From the NCBI GenBank assembly GCA_050950765.1, contig JBMNIF010000001.1:224001-288000 (forward strand): a DNA stretch of 64,000 nt, written 5' to 3'. Position numbers and translations under genes: made by a program. This DNA comes from Bdellovibrionota bacterium. GTDB lineage: Bacteria; Bdellovibrionota_C; UBA2361; JAAYZI01. Below the pieces are notes generated by a model. It worked only from the letters and a program-made list of their open reading frames with translations. It had not been told where the DNA came from and made no database searches. Positions 29,683 through 40,433 of the stretch are shown one piece after another; positions within the stretch are counted from its first letter, which is position 1, and each line of letters starts with the position of its first letter.

Positions 29683-30655
29683 GCGAATTTGGTGCCACCC
29701 TTCTTTTTTGCTGCTTTGACGGCTTAGGCGACTGGATGGATTTGGTGCCACCCACTAGGGACGCAGACGCTTCGTATCGTATCGTAAATAGGACATCCAA
29801 ACTTCAAAATTACAACATCTAATAATATCAAGATGTTGGCAAAAACCCAAAATCGGGCAGTTTTGGTGCCACCCACCAGTAAAAAGTGGGTGTCCTAATT
29901 AGCATCTACTAAAAACGAATCGGTTAGGTTTTCACGGGGGTAAAAATTTGGTGCCACCCTTCAGCTAAAAGTGGGTGTCCTAATTAGGATCTAATAATAT
30001 TAAGACGTTAGCAAAATCTTAGGGGTTGGCGAATTTGGTGCCACCCTTCTTTTTTGCTGCTTTGACGGCTTAGGCGACTGGATGGATTTGGTGCCACCCA
30101 CTAGGGACGGTAGAACGGGCTGTAACTGCAAGACGGGGCAAAAATTTGGTGCCACCCACTAGTAAAAAGTGGGTGTCCTAATTAGCATCCCACCCACCAG
30201 TAAGACGGGATCTGGCAGATTTGGCTGGGCTTGGATCTGGTGCCACCCACTAGGGACGGTAGAACGGGCTGATACTGAAAAACGAGTCAGCTAGGTCTGA
30301 ACGGGGGTTAAAAATTTGGTGCCACCCTTCAGGGACAACAGGACGGGCTGCAACTTGTAGTGGATCTGGTGCCACCCACCAGTAAAAAGTGGGTGTCCCA
30401 ATTAGCATCTAATAATATCAAGATATTAGCAAAAGCTTAGGGTTCAGCGAATTTGGTGCCACCCACCAGTAACGGGACGGGCTGCAACTAAAAAAACAAA
30501 TTGGTTAGGTCTCTACGGAGGTTAAAAAACTGGTGCCACCCTTCAGGATACTCCCTTCAGGGACAACTGAACGGGCTGTAACTGAAAAGCGGGGTCGGCT
30601 AGATCTGGACGGGGGTAAAAAGTGGGTGTCCTAATTGACACCCTTCAGCTTTGGA
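29683..30655. repeat. Modular intergenic repeat cluster 2 (inverted, TGGTGCCACCC)
   Basis: Same core and modules as cluster 1 on the opposite strand. An ~80-bp block is duplicated at 29683 and 30028. Lies between convergent genes. Confidence 0.95.
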
Positions 30656-30669
30656 TCCTCTGCAAAAAA

Positions 30670-32058
30670 TTACATATAACCTAAACTTTGCAACTGTTTA
30701 ACTTCTTCTGGGGTGATAATTACATTCTTTTGAAGAGTTTGTGGGGTGGTGCGTTCATATTGTAAGATTAGGTCGAGCATATTCTTTAACTGCTCTGGAT
30801 TCTGTTTTGAAATATCTTTCTTCTCAAGAGGATCAACCGAGATATCAAACAGCTCAAAGGTTTCTTTCATTTTATCATGAATAAGTTTGTATCTACCTTT
30901 TATGACTGCTGTTATATTTGCGTCCTTATTATGTGTTGAAGAGACAAAATCAACCTCAGAAAAAATGTTTTGATCCGGTCTTTTTTGAGCGTTCCCGAAA
31001 AGTAGGGGGATAAGAGAGAGCCCTTCGATCTCCGATGTGGCTTTTTTACGAATGAAATCAAGTAGTGTTGGAAAGATATCAACTTGCGATACGGGATTAT
31101 TTATTACCTGTGGTTTTATTATATCAGGCAGAGATATGATTAATGGAATATTAATTAATTCGTTGTACAGAGTGCGCGTATGACCGAACCAGCCACGCTC
31201 CATTAACTCTTCCCCGTGGTCTGCTACAAATACTATCAGGGTATTTTTTGAAAGTCCTGCTTGTTCTAGGTATTCAAAGAGTCGTCCCAGCTCTTTGTCT
31301 GTGAATAAGACCTCTTCTGTGAAGAGTCCACGAACATATTTTATATCATTCGGATTCAACTCGTTTGCATAAGATCTAAGCTCGCGAACATCCATGCCAG
31401 AAGTGAGTTTACCACGATACCACGATGTTTGGTCGAATTGCGCATGATGGATGTAATTATAGTGCGGATCAAAGTAGTGCAAAAATAGGAAAAAGTTCTG
31501 TGAGGAGTTTCTTTTTTTTAGCCAGCCAATAGCTGTATCGGTTACTTCTGTGCCTACTATGGCTTGATGCGGATCTGGTGATGTATTTACATTTTTGAAA
31601 GCATCAAACCCTCTGCTAAAGCCGTGTTTCGGCGTTAAGATCGTATGACTGATGACGGCAGCTGTTTGACGTCCGGAAGCCTTCATGATTTCAGCAACCA
31701 TAGGTATGGAGTCGGGGAACTTGCTATTCATACGTTTAACTCCATGTGTGCGCGGCATGACACCCGATAAAATCGTAGCAATCGATGGTTTTGTCCAAGG
31801 GGCTGCTGCGTAGGTGTGTGCAAATCTAGCGCCCCCTGCAGCAAACTTGTCAATGTTGGGGGTTTTTACAGGAGCACCGTAGGCGGAAAGGGCTCGTTCA
31901 GGGAGGGTGTCAACGATAATTAACAAAACATTTAGATCTTCAGGGATCTCGGATATGCGCTTATCGTAAGGTTTGTTACATGATGATGTAAGAACTAAAA
32001 GCGTGACGCAGCATAAAACGTTAAAAATCTTTTTATAAAGGAGACGGTATTCGTGCAT
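30670..32058 (-). CDS. Sulfatase-like (alkaline phosphatase superfamily) lipoprotein
   Basis: IVDTL, APWTKPS, HYFDPH, ADHGE and LQSLGY, with a lipobox-like TSSC. Confidence 0.88.
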   Translation of the reverse strand: MHEYRLLYKKIFNVLCCVTLLVLTSSCNKPYDKRISEIPEDLNVLLIIVDTLPERALSAYGAPVKTPNIDKFAAGGARFAHTYAAAPWTKPSIATILSGVMPRTHGVKRMNSKFPDSIPMVAEIMKASGRQTAAVISHTILTPKHGFSRGFDAFKNVNTSPDPHQAIVGTEVTDTAIGWLKKRNSSQNFFLFLHYFDPHYNYIHHAQFDQTSWYRGKLTSGMDVRELRSYANELNPNDIKYVRGLFTEEVLFTDKELGRLFEYLEQAGLSKNTLIVFVADHGEELMERGWFGHTRTLYNELINIPLIISLPDIIKPQVINNPVSQVDIFPTLLDFIRKKATSEIEGLSLIPLLFGNAQKRPDQNIFSEVDFVSSTHNKDANITAVIKGRYKLIHDKMKETFELFDISVDPLEKKDISKQNPEQLKNMLDLILQYERTTPQTLQKNVIITPEEVKQLQSLGYM

Positions 32059-32314
32059 AATTTAATCCTCGCTATAATAATTTATATTGCTTTCCTTCTG
32101 TACTTCAAATTTAATAAGGTGGTAAGGAGAGCCACTGACTTTTATAATTCTATGTTAGTCGTAAAAAGTGATCTTTTACCGTAGGGGAGCGTTTATTTCA
32201 AGGGATGGACGTTTTGGAGGGGCTAAAGAAAAATTCTAGTTGATTTAACTCACTAAAATTTAGTTTCTTTTATAAAAAATGATTCTGTCTCGTAAAGTTA
32301 TAACATGTTAGTCT

Positions 32315-32341
32315 TTAGTTTTTAAGGGAATCTGCCGAGGA
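32315..32341 (+). promoter_or_regulatory. Sigma28-like promoter
   Basis: TTAG-N15-GCCGAGGA just upstream of the ATG at 32349, overlapping the SD. Confidence 0.35.
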
Positions 32342-32348
32342 GAATAGT

Positions 32349-33122
32349 ATGAAGAAATACCTCAAAATAAATATCTTATTCATTGTTATCAGTAGTGTTT
32401 TTTTCATCATGCCTTCTTCGGTTGTTGCAGATGATAATATTCATGCACGAATTATTAATGGAGATACAGTTCCTGCTCGAGATATCGCCGTTGCTAAGAT
32501 TACGTGGAAGAGTGGACGCTATGCCAGAAGCCTTTGCTCCGGAGTTTTAATAACGCCGAGATACGTCTTAATGTCAGCGCATTGCGCTACTAGTACTCCT
32601 GATAAATATACGGTGAGGATTGCGAGGAGGAAATTTTTGGTGCGCGCTATTCGGGTGCATCCGAGGGCACAAAGAGTAACAAGGCGATTTAAAAACGATG
32701 TAGCGATATTGACTTTAAGAAATAGGACGAAATCTAAGATTTCGCCGTTACCGTTATTAGTTAGGAATAGGGTGCAGGTCGCTGACACGTTAGCTATTTA
32801 CGGATATGGCATAGATGAGGAGCTTCGCTCTGGGGTGCTTAAAAGCGGTATCGCTAAAGTTACGAATGTAAATAGATTTTTTATTGAGACGACCTTTTCT
32901 GAGGATGGTCTTAGTGCTTCATGTGCAGGAGATTCTGGTGGACCAGCGCTACTCACTTATATCAATTCTAGGGGGAGAGTTGTCACTGGGGTGGTAGGAA
33001 TAACTTCTTGGGGGACGACGAAAGATTGCGTCCTCGGGACAAAGACGTATTACGTTAATCTTCAAAGGAAAAAAAGTCTGAATTTCATTAAAAAAGTAGC
33101 TCCACACGTTAGGACACTATAA
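32349..33122 (+). CDS. Secreted trypsin-like (S1) serine protease
   Basis: Signal peptide, R-IING activation site, and the triad SAHC / NDVA / GDSGGP. Confidence 0.93.
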   Translation: MKKYLKINILFIVISSVFFIMPSSVVADDNIHARIINGDTVPARDIAVAKITWKSGRYARSLCSGVLITPRYVLMSAHCATSTPDKYTVRIARRKFLVRAIRVHPRAQRVTRRFKNDVAILTLRNRTKSKISPLPLLVRNRVQVADTLAIYGYGIDEELRSGVLKSGIAKVTNVNRFFIETTFSEDGLSASCAGDSGGPALLTYINSRGRVVTGVVGITSWGTTKDCVLGTKTYYVNLQRKKSLNFIKKVAPHVRTL

Positions 33123-33123
33123 A

Positions 33124-34475
33124 AAGGACACCCACCTTTTACCTTCGTAAAAATCTAGCTGATCTGTTCTGCAAGTTGCAGCCCGTTCAATCATTGGTGG
33201 GTGGCACTAGATCCAAGCCCGTCGCTACCAATTAGGACACCCACCTTTTACCCCCGTCAAGATCTAGCTGATCCCCTTTTCAGTTGCAGCCCGTCCGATC
33301 ATCCTTGAAGCCTTCCAATTAGGACACCCACCTTTAGCTGTTGGGTAGAAAGAAGCGGCAAAGCTGAAGAGCGCTGCCGTCCCTGAAGGGTGGCACCAAA
33401 ACTGCCCGATTTTGGGTTTTTGCTAATGTCTTGATATTATTAGATGTTGTAATTTTGAAGTTTGGATGTCCTATTTGTAAAGCGTCCCGTTACTGGTGGG
33501 TGGCACCAACGACAGCCAGCTACAAAGAAGGGTGGCACCAGATTTTTAACCCCGTAGAGACCTAACCAATTTGTTTTTTAGTTGCAGCCCGTCCTATCGT
33601 CCCTGAAGGGTGGCACCAAATTTTTCCAAATTTTGACCTCTGGGGTGGTAGGAAAAGCCTTCCAATTAGGACACCCACCTTTAGCTGTTGGGTAGAAAGA
33701 AGCGGCAAAGCTGAAGAGCGCTGCCGTCCCTGAAGGGTGGCACCAAATTTTTAACTTCCGTAGAGACCTAACCAATTTGTTTTTTAGTTACAGCCCGTCC
33801 GATCGTCCCTGAAGGGTGGCACCAAAACTGCCCGATTTTGGGTTTTTGCTAATGTCTTGATATTATTAGATGTTGTAATTTTGAAGTTTGGATGTCCTAT
33901 TTGCAAAAAGCGTCCCGTTAGTGGTGGGTGGCACCAACGACAGCCAGCTACAAAGAAGGGTGGCACCAGATTTTTAACCCCGTAGAGACCTAACCAATTT
34001 GTTTTTTAGTTGCAGCCCGTCCTATCGTCCCTGAAGGGTGGCACCAAATTTTTCCAAATTTTGACCTCTGGGGTGGTAGGAATAAGCCTTCCAATTAGGA
34101 CACCCACCTTTAGCTGTTGGGTAGAAAGAAGCGGCAAAGCTGAAGAGCGCTGCCGTCCCTGAAGGGTGGCACCAAATTTTTAACTTCCGTAGAGACCTAA
34201 CCAATTTGTTTTTTAGTTACAGCCCGTCCGATCGTCCCTGAAGGGTGGCACCAAAACTGCCCGATTTTGGGTTTTTGCTAATGTCTTGATATTATTAGGG
34301 TGCAATTAGGACACCCACTTTTACTGGTGGGTGGCACCAAAACTACCATTTTTAGTTAGGTGCTAACATATTGATTTTAAAGACTTCATCCTTTTAAGCT
34401 AAGACTCTGCTCTGAAGGGTGGCACCAGATTTTACTGCAAGTTTCAGCCCATTCAATCGCCCCTGAAGGGTGGAG
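33124..34475. repeat. Modular intergenic repeat cluster 3, with a ~428-bp higher-order tandem unit
   Basis: The unit starts at 33378, 33804 and 34233 (third copy partial). Lies between the convergent protease and clpX genes. Confidence 0.95.
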
Positions 34476-34539
34476 GATCGTCCTTGAAGGGGCAAAATTA
34501 CCACCTCGTTTTAATAAGAGATAGGTACCGTTCTTAAAT

Positions 34540-35796
34540 CTAAGATGCCATAGCCTTTGAGTGTAGTACGATGATCGGTTCCTGTTGTTCACAGATAACT
34601 TCTTTCGTGATGACTACTTCTTTAATGGATGGTGTGCTCGGTATGTCATACATAATATTCAACATGGCTTTTTCTAAGACGGAGCGTAGCCCGCGAGCCC
34701 CTGTTTTTCTAGCGAGTGCCTCTTTTGCAATCTCTTCGAGGGCATCGTCGCTGAAGGAAAGTGAAACGTCATTAAGTTGAAATAGCTGCTTAAATTGTTT
34801 CACTAAAGCGTTCTTCGGTTCTGTTAAGATAGTGATTAATGCTGCTTCATCAAGTGGCTTGAGTGGTGCAAAGACCGGAATCCTTCCTATAAATTCCGGA
34901 ATCAGACCGAATTTTAGGAGGTCTTCACCTTCAAGCTTCTCTAAGACTTTGTCGTCACACTCTTGAGCAGATTCGTGTTTTGCTCCAAATCCGAGATTCT
35001 TTTTCCCAGTGCGGTTCTTAATGATCTTATCAATCCCATCAAAGGCACCGCCGATAATGAAAAGGATGTTGGAAGTATCTACTTGAATAAAATCTTGTTG
35101 CGGATGTTTTCTGCCTCCTTTAGGGGGCACGTTCGCAATCGTCCCCTCAAGGATCTTTAATAATGCTTGCTGAACACCTTCACCAGAAACATCACGAGTG
35201 ACTGAAGGGGTGTCGCTTTTACGTGCAATCTTATCAATCTCATCGATATAAACGATACCCTGTTGCGCTTTTTCAACGTCATAATCAGCAGCTTGCAAAA
35301 GATTGACGATGATATTTTCTACATCCTCTCCAACATATCCCGCTTCTGTCAGACTGGTAGCATCTACAATCGTAAACGGCACCTCAAGAACACGAGCTAA
35401 GGTTTGTGCTAAAAGTGTTTTTCCACTACCGGTCGGCCCCACCAATAAGATATTGGATTTGTGAATCTCAACATCATTACGCGAATTGGAGTTGTTTTGT
35501 AGCCTCTTGTAGTGGTTGTGCACGGCAACGGCTAAAACTTTCTTAGCGTACTCTTGACCTATTACATAATCATCAAGCGCCGCCATTAAATCTTTCGGAG
35601 TTGGAACGTGCAATCCAAAAGCAGCTGCCGCTGATTCTTCAGCGTCTTCCGCTAAAATATCATTGCATAAATCAATACATTCATCACAAATATAAACCCC
35701 TGGTCCAGCAACGAGCTTCTTAACCTCTTCTTGCGTCTTTCCACAAAATGAGCAGATATAATTAATGCTGTTACTTTTTTTGTTGTCTTTCGACAT
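34540..35796 (-). CDS. clpX: ATP-dependent Clp protease ATP-binding subunit
   Basis: Zn finger CSFCGK...[21 protein letters not shown] and GGRKHP. Confidence 0.98.
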   Translation of the reverse strand: MSKDNKKSNSINYICSFCGKTQEEVKKLVAGPGVYICDECIDLCNDILAEDAEESAAAAFGLHVPTPKDLMAALDDYVIGQEYAKKVLAVAVHNHYKRLQNNSNSRNDVEIHKSNILLVGPTGSGKTLLAQTLARVLEVPFTIVDATSLTEAGYVGEDVENIIVNLLQAADYDVEKAQQGIVYIDEIDKIARKSDTPSVTRDVSGEGVQQALLKILEGTIANVPPKGGRKHPQQDFIQVDTSNILFIIGGAFDGIDKIIKNRTGKKNLGFGAKHESAQECDDKVLEKLEGEDLLKFGLIPEFIGRIPVFAPLKPLDEAALITILTEPKNALVKQFKQLFQLNDVSLSFSDDALEEIAKEALARKTGARGLRSVLEKAMLNIMYDIPSTPSIKEVVITKEVICEQQEPIIVLHSKAMAS

Positions 35797-35842
35797 TTTT
35801 TACACCTCTTAAAAAACGCTATTAGCTACTAAAACCTGTGTT

Positions 35843-35960
35843 GGGTGTGGCGGGTTCATTGAGTATCTGAACTGCTGTATAGAGGCGGGTCCTTTTGATT
35901 CTTCCCCCCTCTTAACCACTACCTATTCAGATGCTCGAATTGCGCCTTTCGTATCTCACC
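35843..35960. ncRNA. Candidate rod-shaped structured RNA upstream of clpX
   Basis: Nested complementary pairs GGCG/CGCC, GAGTATCTGAA/TTCAGATGCTC and AGAGG-GGG/CCC-CCTCT around a central bubble. Confidence 0.3.
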
Positions 35961-36227
35961 TTTAAAAAATCGGAGTCCTAATCTTTATGCTTAAAGTTAT
36001 GGTGTAATAGTTTGAAATAGTTAGGTATTTCTTGTGATATCCCTTAGAAAAAGATTTTTATTTTCTTCTTTTTTACATATCTTTTACAAAAAAATAGCGT
36101 CGTTCTTAAATAATAATAGCTGCCATGCGGCATTTCTCTTCATCATAAAGGCTGCTTGCGTATTATTGTAAAAACTTTCACAATGTTTTTTAGGTGCCAA
36201 CGAAGGTTTAAAATGAAGGGCTAGGTT

Positions 36228-36428
36228 ATGGATGAAAATAAAGTTCCAAAAGTAAATGATCGTGTAAAAAGAAAAAACAATCTTGGTTGTTTGGGAGTTG
36301 TAAAAGAGGTTCGTGAAGAGATAGTCGGTTCTGCCGGAGATACTAGAGAAAAAGCGCTTATCGTAAAAGTCTTGTGGGATAACGGGACAGTCTCTTACTT
36401 CGATCCCGAATCAATAGAGAACGTTTAA
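36228..36428 (+). CDS. Small SH3/KOW-like beta protein
   Basis: Pattern KV.DRV.R.....G.V........V.V.WDNG. 66 aa. Confidence 0.7.
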   Translation: MDENKVPKVNDRVKRKNNLGCLGVVKEVREEIVGSAGDTREKALIVKVLWDNGTVSYFDPESIENV

Positions 36429-36537
36429 TAAATAACAAAATTTAAAATGCTTCTTAACCTCCTCGCTTTTTACCCTTTAGCTAGAAGCTTTCTTTTCCTT
36501 TTTCTAACCTCTGAGCTTTTTTAAAAGAGTGTCTAGG

Positions 36538-37883
36538 CTAGGAGCTTAGGGCAATGAATCCACGGAAGTTTTTGTCGAGACGCATTAAACGCATTAAAAT
36601 TTTTACTGCTTCCATCTCTGCCCATTCGTTGTTGAAATGAGTTCCTGTTTCTTCAGCAATTTTAAATGCATATAACAGGCTGAGTACAGCGTCAGTTGAT
36701 TTACCAATATCAGCATTTCTCGATGCGTGTACTAGTTCGTATTGGATATAATCTAACGCAATATTTTCTATCACCTCTTTCTGTTCTTCGGTGAGATCAG
36801 TTTTTGTTTTTTCAGCAAATTTAAGTACACGACGCACATTGTCCAAAGGTAGCTTGGTAAAACCCTCTCTCAGCCACCTCAGTGCTTCTTCTAGATAGGC
36901 TTGGATAATCTTCGGTGCAAAATCTTCTATCATTTTTTTCTGTTCTTCGGTGAGATCAGTTTTTGTTTCTTCAGCAATTTTAAGTGCACGACGCGCATAG
37001 TCCAAAGATTCCCTGGCACAACCCTTCCCCAGCAACCCCAGTGCCCTTTCTAGACGGTCTTGGATCATATCCGGTGCAATTTCTTTTATCATTGTGTTCT
37101 CTTCGTTGGTGAGAGAAATTCCTGTTCTTTTAACAAGTTCTAGTACAAGTAACATGGAGTATGCAGCGGAGTTGTAATCTTTACGAGCAGCCCATTTTTG
37201 TACTTCTGCTAGTTCGGTTCGGATTATATACTTCGCAATTTCTTCTATTCTTTCGTTCTGTTTGTTGGTGGGATCAATTCCTGTTTTTTCAGAAATTTCA
37301 AGTACAGATAATATGCGGTTCTTAAGATAACCGATATTGTGAAAATTATGAGTCATTTTTTCCGATGCTTCGTTTAGTTCGCATTTAATCGCACGCCTCG
37401 CAGTGTCTCCTAGCATATCGTTAAGTTTTTTGGGGAGCTTAATCCCTGTTTCTTTAACAATTTCAGATACAGGTAAGAAGTTTTCATTAAGCGCAATGCG
37501 ATGATTATCATCCATCGATCCCGATACCTCTACTAGATTGTATTCGATCGCTTTCTTCAGAATTCTTGCCATCTTTTTTCTTGTTTTTTGGTGGAAGGAA
37601 CTCCCGTTTCTTCAGAAAATTTACGTGCAAATAACACGGAGTCTATAGCGTCAGCGCCACGAAAATCAGTGCCAATAAGACGGTGACCATAACGACAAAC
37701 AACTTCTGTCCATGCTTCTGCTAGTTGAACTTTGGCCACATTCGCTAAGGGGAATTTTTCTCTAGCATTATTTACGATTGAAGCGGCTAAAGAACCAATT
37801 TCCTCCTCGGATAGTTTTACTGGTGAATCAGAACCTTTAGTTGGTGGGTTCCCCACCTCGTGGTTAAGACTAGAATCGATCAT
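36538..37883 (-). pseudogene. Helical-repeat paralog 1, split by a 1-bp homopolymer deletion
   Basis: T6 at 37574-37579 versus T7 at 39277-39283 in paralog 2. The ORFs 37557..37883 and 36538..37572 together align with paralog 2. Confidence 0.85.
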
Positions 37884-38240
37884 AATATTACCTTATACAA
37901 ATACAACAATACTTCTTACTTAAAAGCATTACTTAAAAGCATTTTTTAAGGATTATAATGTTTTTTAAAAACCTAAGAAACGTTTCCAAAAAAAAAATGA
38001 TTATTTAATTCTTTTTCCTGACTTATGAGCTTTTTTTGGAGTTTTTTTGCTAAGTTTGTTCATTATAAAAAAACTAACTTATTGAACTTGTTGAAATATG
38101 AGAAGAAGTTTTTTAAGAACGGTGAAAATATCAACCGTGCCATCCTTTAGCTGGAAACTTTCTTTTTTTCTTATTCTTAACCTCCTCGCTTTTTGCCCTT
38201 TAGCTAGAAGCTTTCGAGCTTTTTTAAAAGAGTGTCTAGG

Positions 38241-39599
38241 CTAGGAGCTTAGGGCAATGAATCCACGGAAGTTTTTGTCGAGACGCATTAAACGCATTAA
38301 AATTTTTACTGCTTCCATCTCTGCCCATTTGTTGTTGAGATGAGTTCCTGTTTCTTCAGCAATTTTAAATGCATATAACAGGCTGAGTACAGCGTCAGTT
38401 GATTTACCAATATCAGCATTTCTCGATGCGTGTACTAGTTCGTATTGGATATAATCTAACGCAATATTTTCTATCACCTCTTTCTGTTCTTCGGTGAGAT
38501 CAGTTTTTGTTTTTTCAGCAAATTTAAGTACACGACGCACATTGTCCAAAGGTAGCTTGGTAAAACCCTCTCTCAGCCACCTCAGTGCTTCTTCTAGATA
38601 GGCTTGGATAATCTTCGGTGCAAAATCTTCTATCATTTTTTTCTGTTCTTTGGTGAGTTCAGTTTTTGTTTCTTCAGCAATTTTAAGTGCACTACGCATA
38701 TCGTCCAAAGATTGCTCGGCATAACCCTTCCTCAGCAACCTCAGTGCCCTTTCTAGACGGGCTTGGATCATATCCGGTGCAATTTCTTTTATCATTGTGT
38801 TCTCTTCGTTGGTGAGAGAAATTCCTGTTCTTTTAACAATTTCTAGTACAGGTAACACGTAGTATACAGCGTAGTTGTAATCTTTACGAGCAGCCCATTT
38901 TTGTACTTTTGCTAGTTCGGTTTGGATTATATACTTTGCAATTTCTTCTATTCTTTCGTTCTGTTTGTTGGTGGGATCAATTCCTGTTTTTTCAGCAATT
39001 TCAAGTGCAGATAATATGCGGTTCTTAAGATAAAAGATATGGTGAAAATCATGAGTCATTTCTTCCGATGCTTCGTTTAGTTCGCATGTAATCGCACGCC
39101 TCGCAGTGTCTCCTAGCATACCATTAAGTTTTTTGGGGAGCTTAATCCCTGTTTCTTTAACAATTTCAGATACAGGTAAGAAGTCTTCATAAAGTGCAAT
39201 GCGACGATTATTATCCATCAATCTCGATACCTTTACTAGATTGTATTCGATCGCTTTCTTCAGAATTCTTGCCATCTTTTTTTCTTGTTTTTTGGGGAGC
39301 TTAATCCCTGTTTCTTCAGAAAATTTACGTGCAAATAACACGGAGTCTATAGCGTCAGCGCCAAGAAAATCAGTGCCAATAAGATAGTGACCATAACGAC
39401 AAACAACTTCTGTCCATGCTTCTGCTAGTTGAACTTTGGTCACATTCGCTGAGGGGAATTTTTTTCTAGCATTATTTACGATTGAAGCAGCTGGTGAATC
39501 ATTTACAGGACGAGAAGGAAGGTTATGTCCAGCTAGTGGGTTCTCCCCCCCCTCGTTGTGATCCACTTCGTGATTGGACTTAAAACTAGGATTGATCAT
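38241..39599 (-). CDS. Helical-repeat paralog 2 (intact), ~48-aa repeats
   Basis: Recurrent L(K/E)IAE(E/K)T(G/K)..LT..Q...I...A...IQ..L..A. Confidence 0.88.
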   Translation of the reverse strand: MINPSFKSNHEVDHNEGGENPLAGHNLPSRPVNDSPAASIVNNARKKFPSANVTKVQLAEAWTEVVCRYGHYLIGTDFLGADAIDSVLFARKFSEETGIKLPKKQEKKMARILKKAIEYNLVKVSRLMDNNRRIALYEDFLPVSEIVKETGIKLPKKLNGMLGDTARRAITCELNEASEEMTHDFHHIFYLKNRILSALEIAEKTGIDPTNKQNERIEEIAKYIIQTELAKVQKWAARKDYNYAVYYVLPVLEIVKRTGISLTNEENTMIKEIAPDMIQARLERALRLLRKGYAEQSLDDMRSALKIAEETKTELTKEQKKMIEDFAPKIIQAYLEEALRWLREGFTKLPLDNVRRVLKFAEKTKTDLTEEQKEVIENIALDYIQYELVHASRNADIGKSTDAVLSLLYAFKIAEETGTHLNNKWAEMEAVKILMRLMRLDKNFRGFIALSS

Positions 39600-40433
39600 A
39601 ATATTACCTTATACAAATACAACAATACTTCTTACTTAAAAGCATTACTTAAAAGCATTTTTTAAGGATTATAATGTTTTTTAAAAACCTAAGAAACGTT
39701 TCCAACAGAAAATAATTATTTAATTTTTCCTCCTGACTTCCGAGTTTTTTTTGAGTTTTTTGTCTTAAATTACCTATCAATAGCGGCTCTGGGAGCGGCT
39801 CTGGGGTAGCTCTAGTGTCACCTACTAGCTAATCCTTTTCAATAAACCCAAAGTTAAGATCGGCGAGGCTCCGCGGGTCTTCTTCACCTCAGCGAAGTTA
39901 TTAAAGGTACAAAGCAACCGTTCCACAGCCATTAGGGATATGGTTAGTTGCTTCTGCGCTGCTTCAGATTAAGAGAAATCGCTTGCGGCTAAGACGCTTC
40001 ATGATTCCTACTGCCATCTCTGCCTGTTTTTCGGTGAAATGAGTTCCTGTTTCTTCAGCAATTTTTAATGCATATAACAGGCTGAGTACAGCGTCAGCTC
40101 TAAGGGATTCGTCACTATTAGCATATTCCGATGCTTTTGCTAGTTCGTATTGGATCGTATCTGACGCAATACTTTCTATCATCTCTTTCTGTTTTTTGGT
40201 GAGATCAGTTTTTGTTTCTTCAGCAATTTTAAGTGCATCCAACACGTTGCGTATGGCACAAGTGGCGGAGAGTTTGCCACTATCAGCATATTCCGATGCT
40301 TTTGCTAGTTCGTATTGGATCGTATTTGACGCAACACTTTTTACTATCTCTTTCTGTTCTTCGGTGAGATCAGTTTTTGTTTCTTCAGCAATTTTAAGTG
40401 CACTACGCACATTGTCCAAAGATCCCTTGGCAT

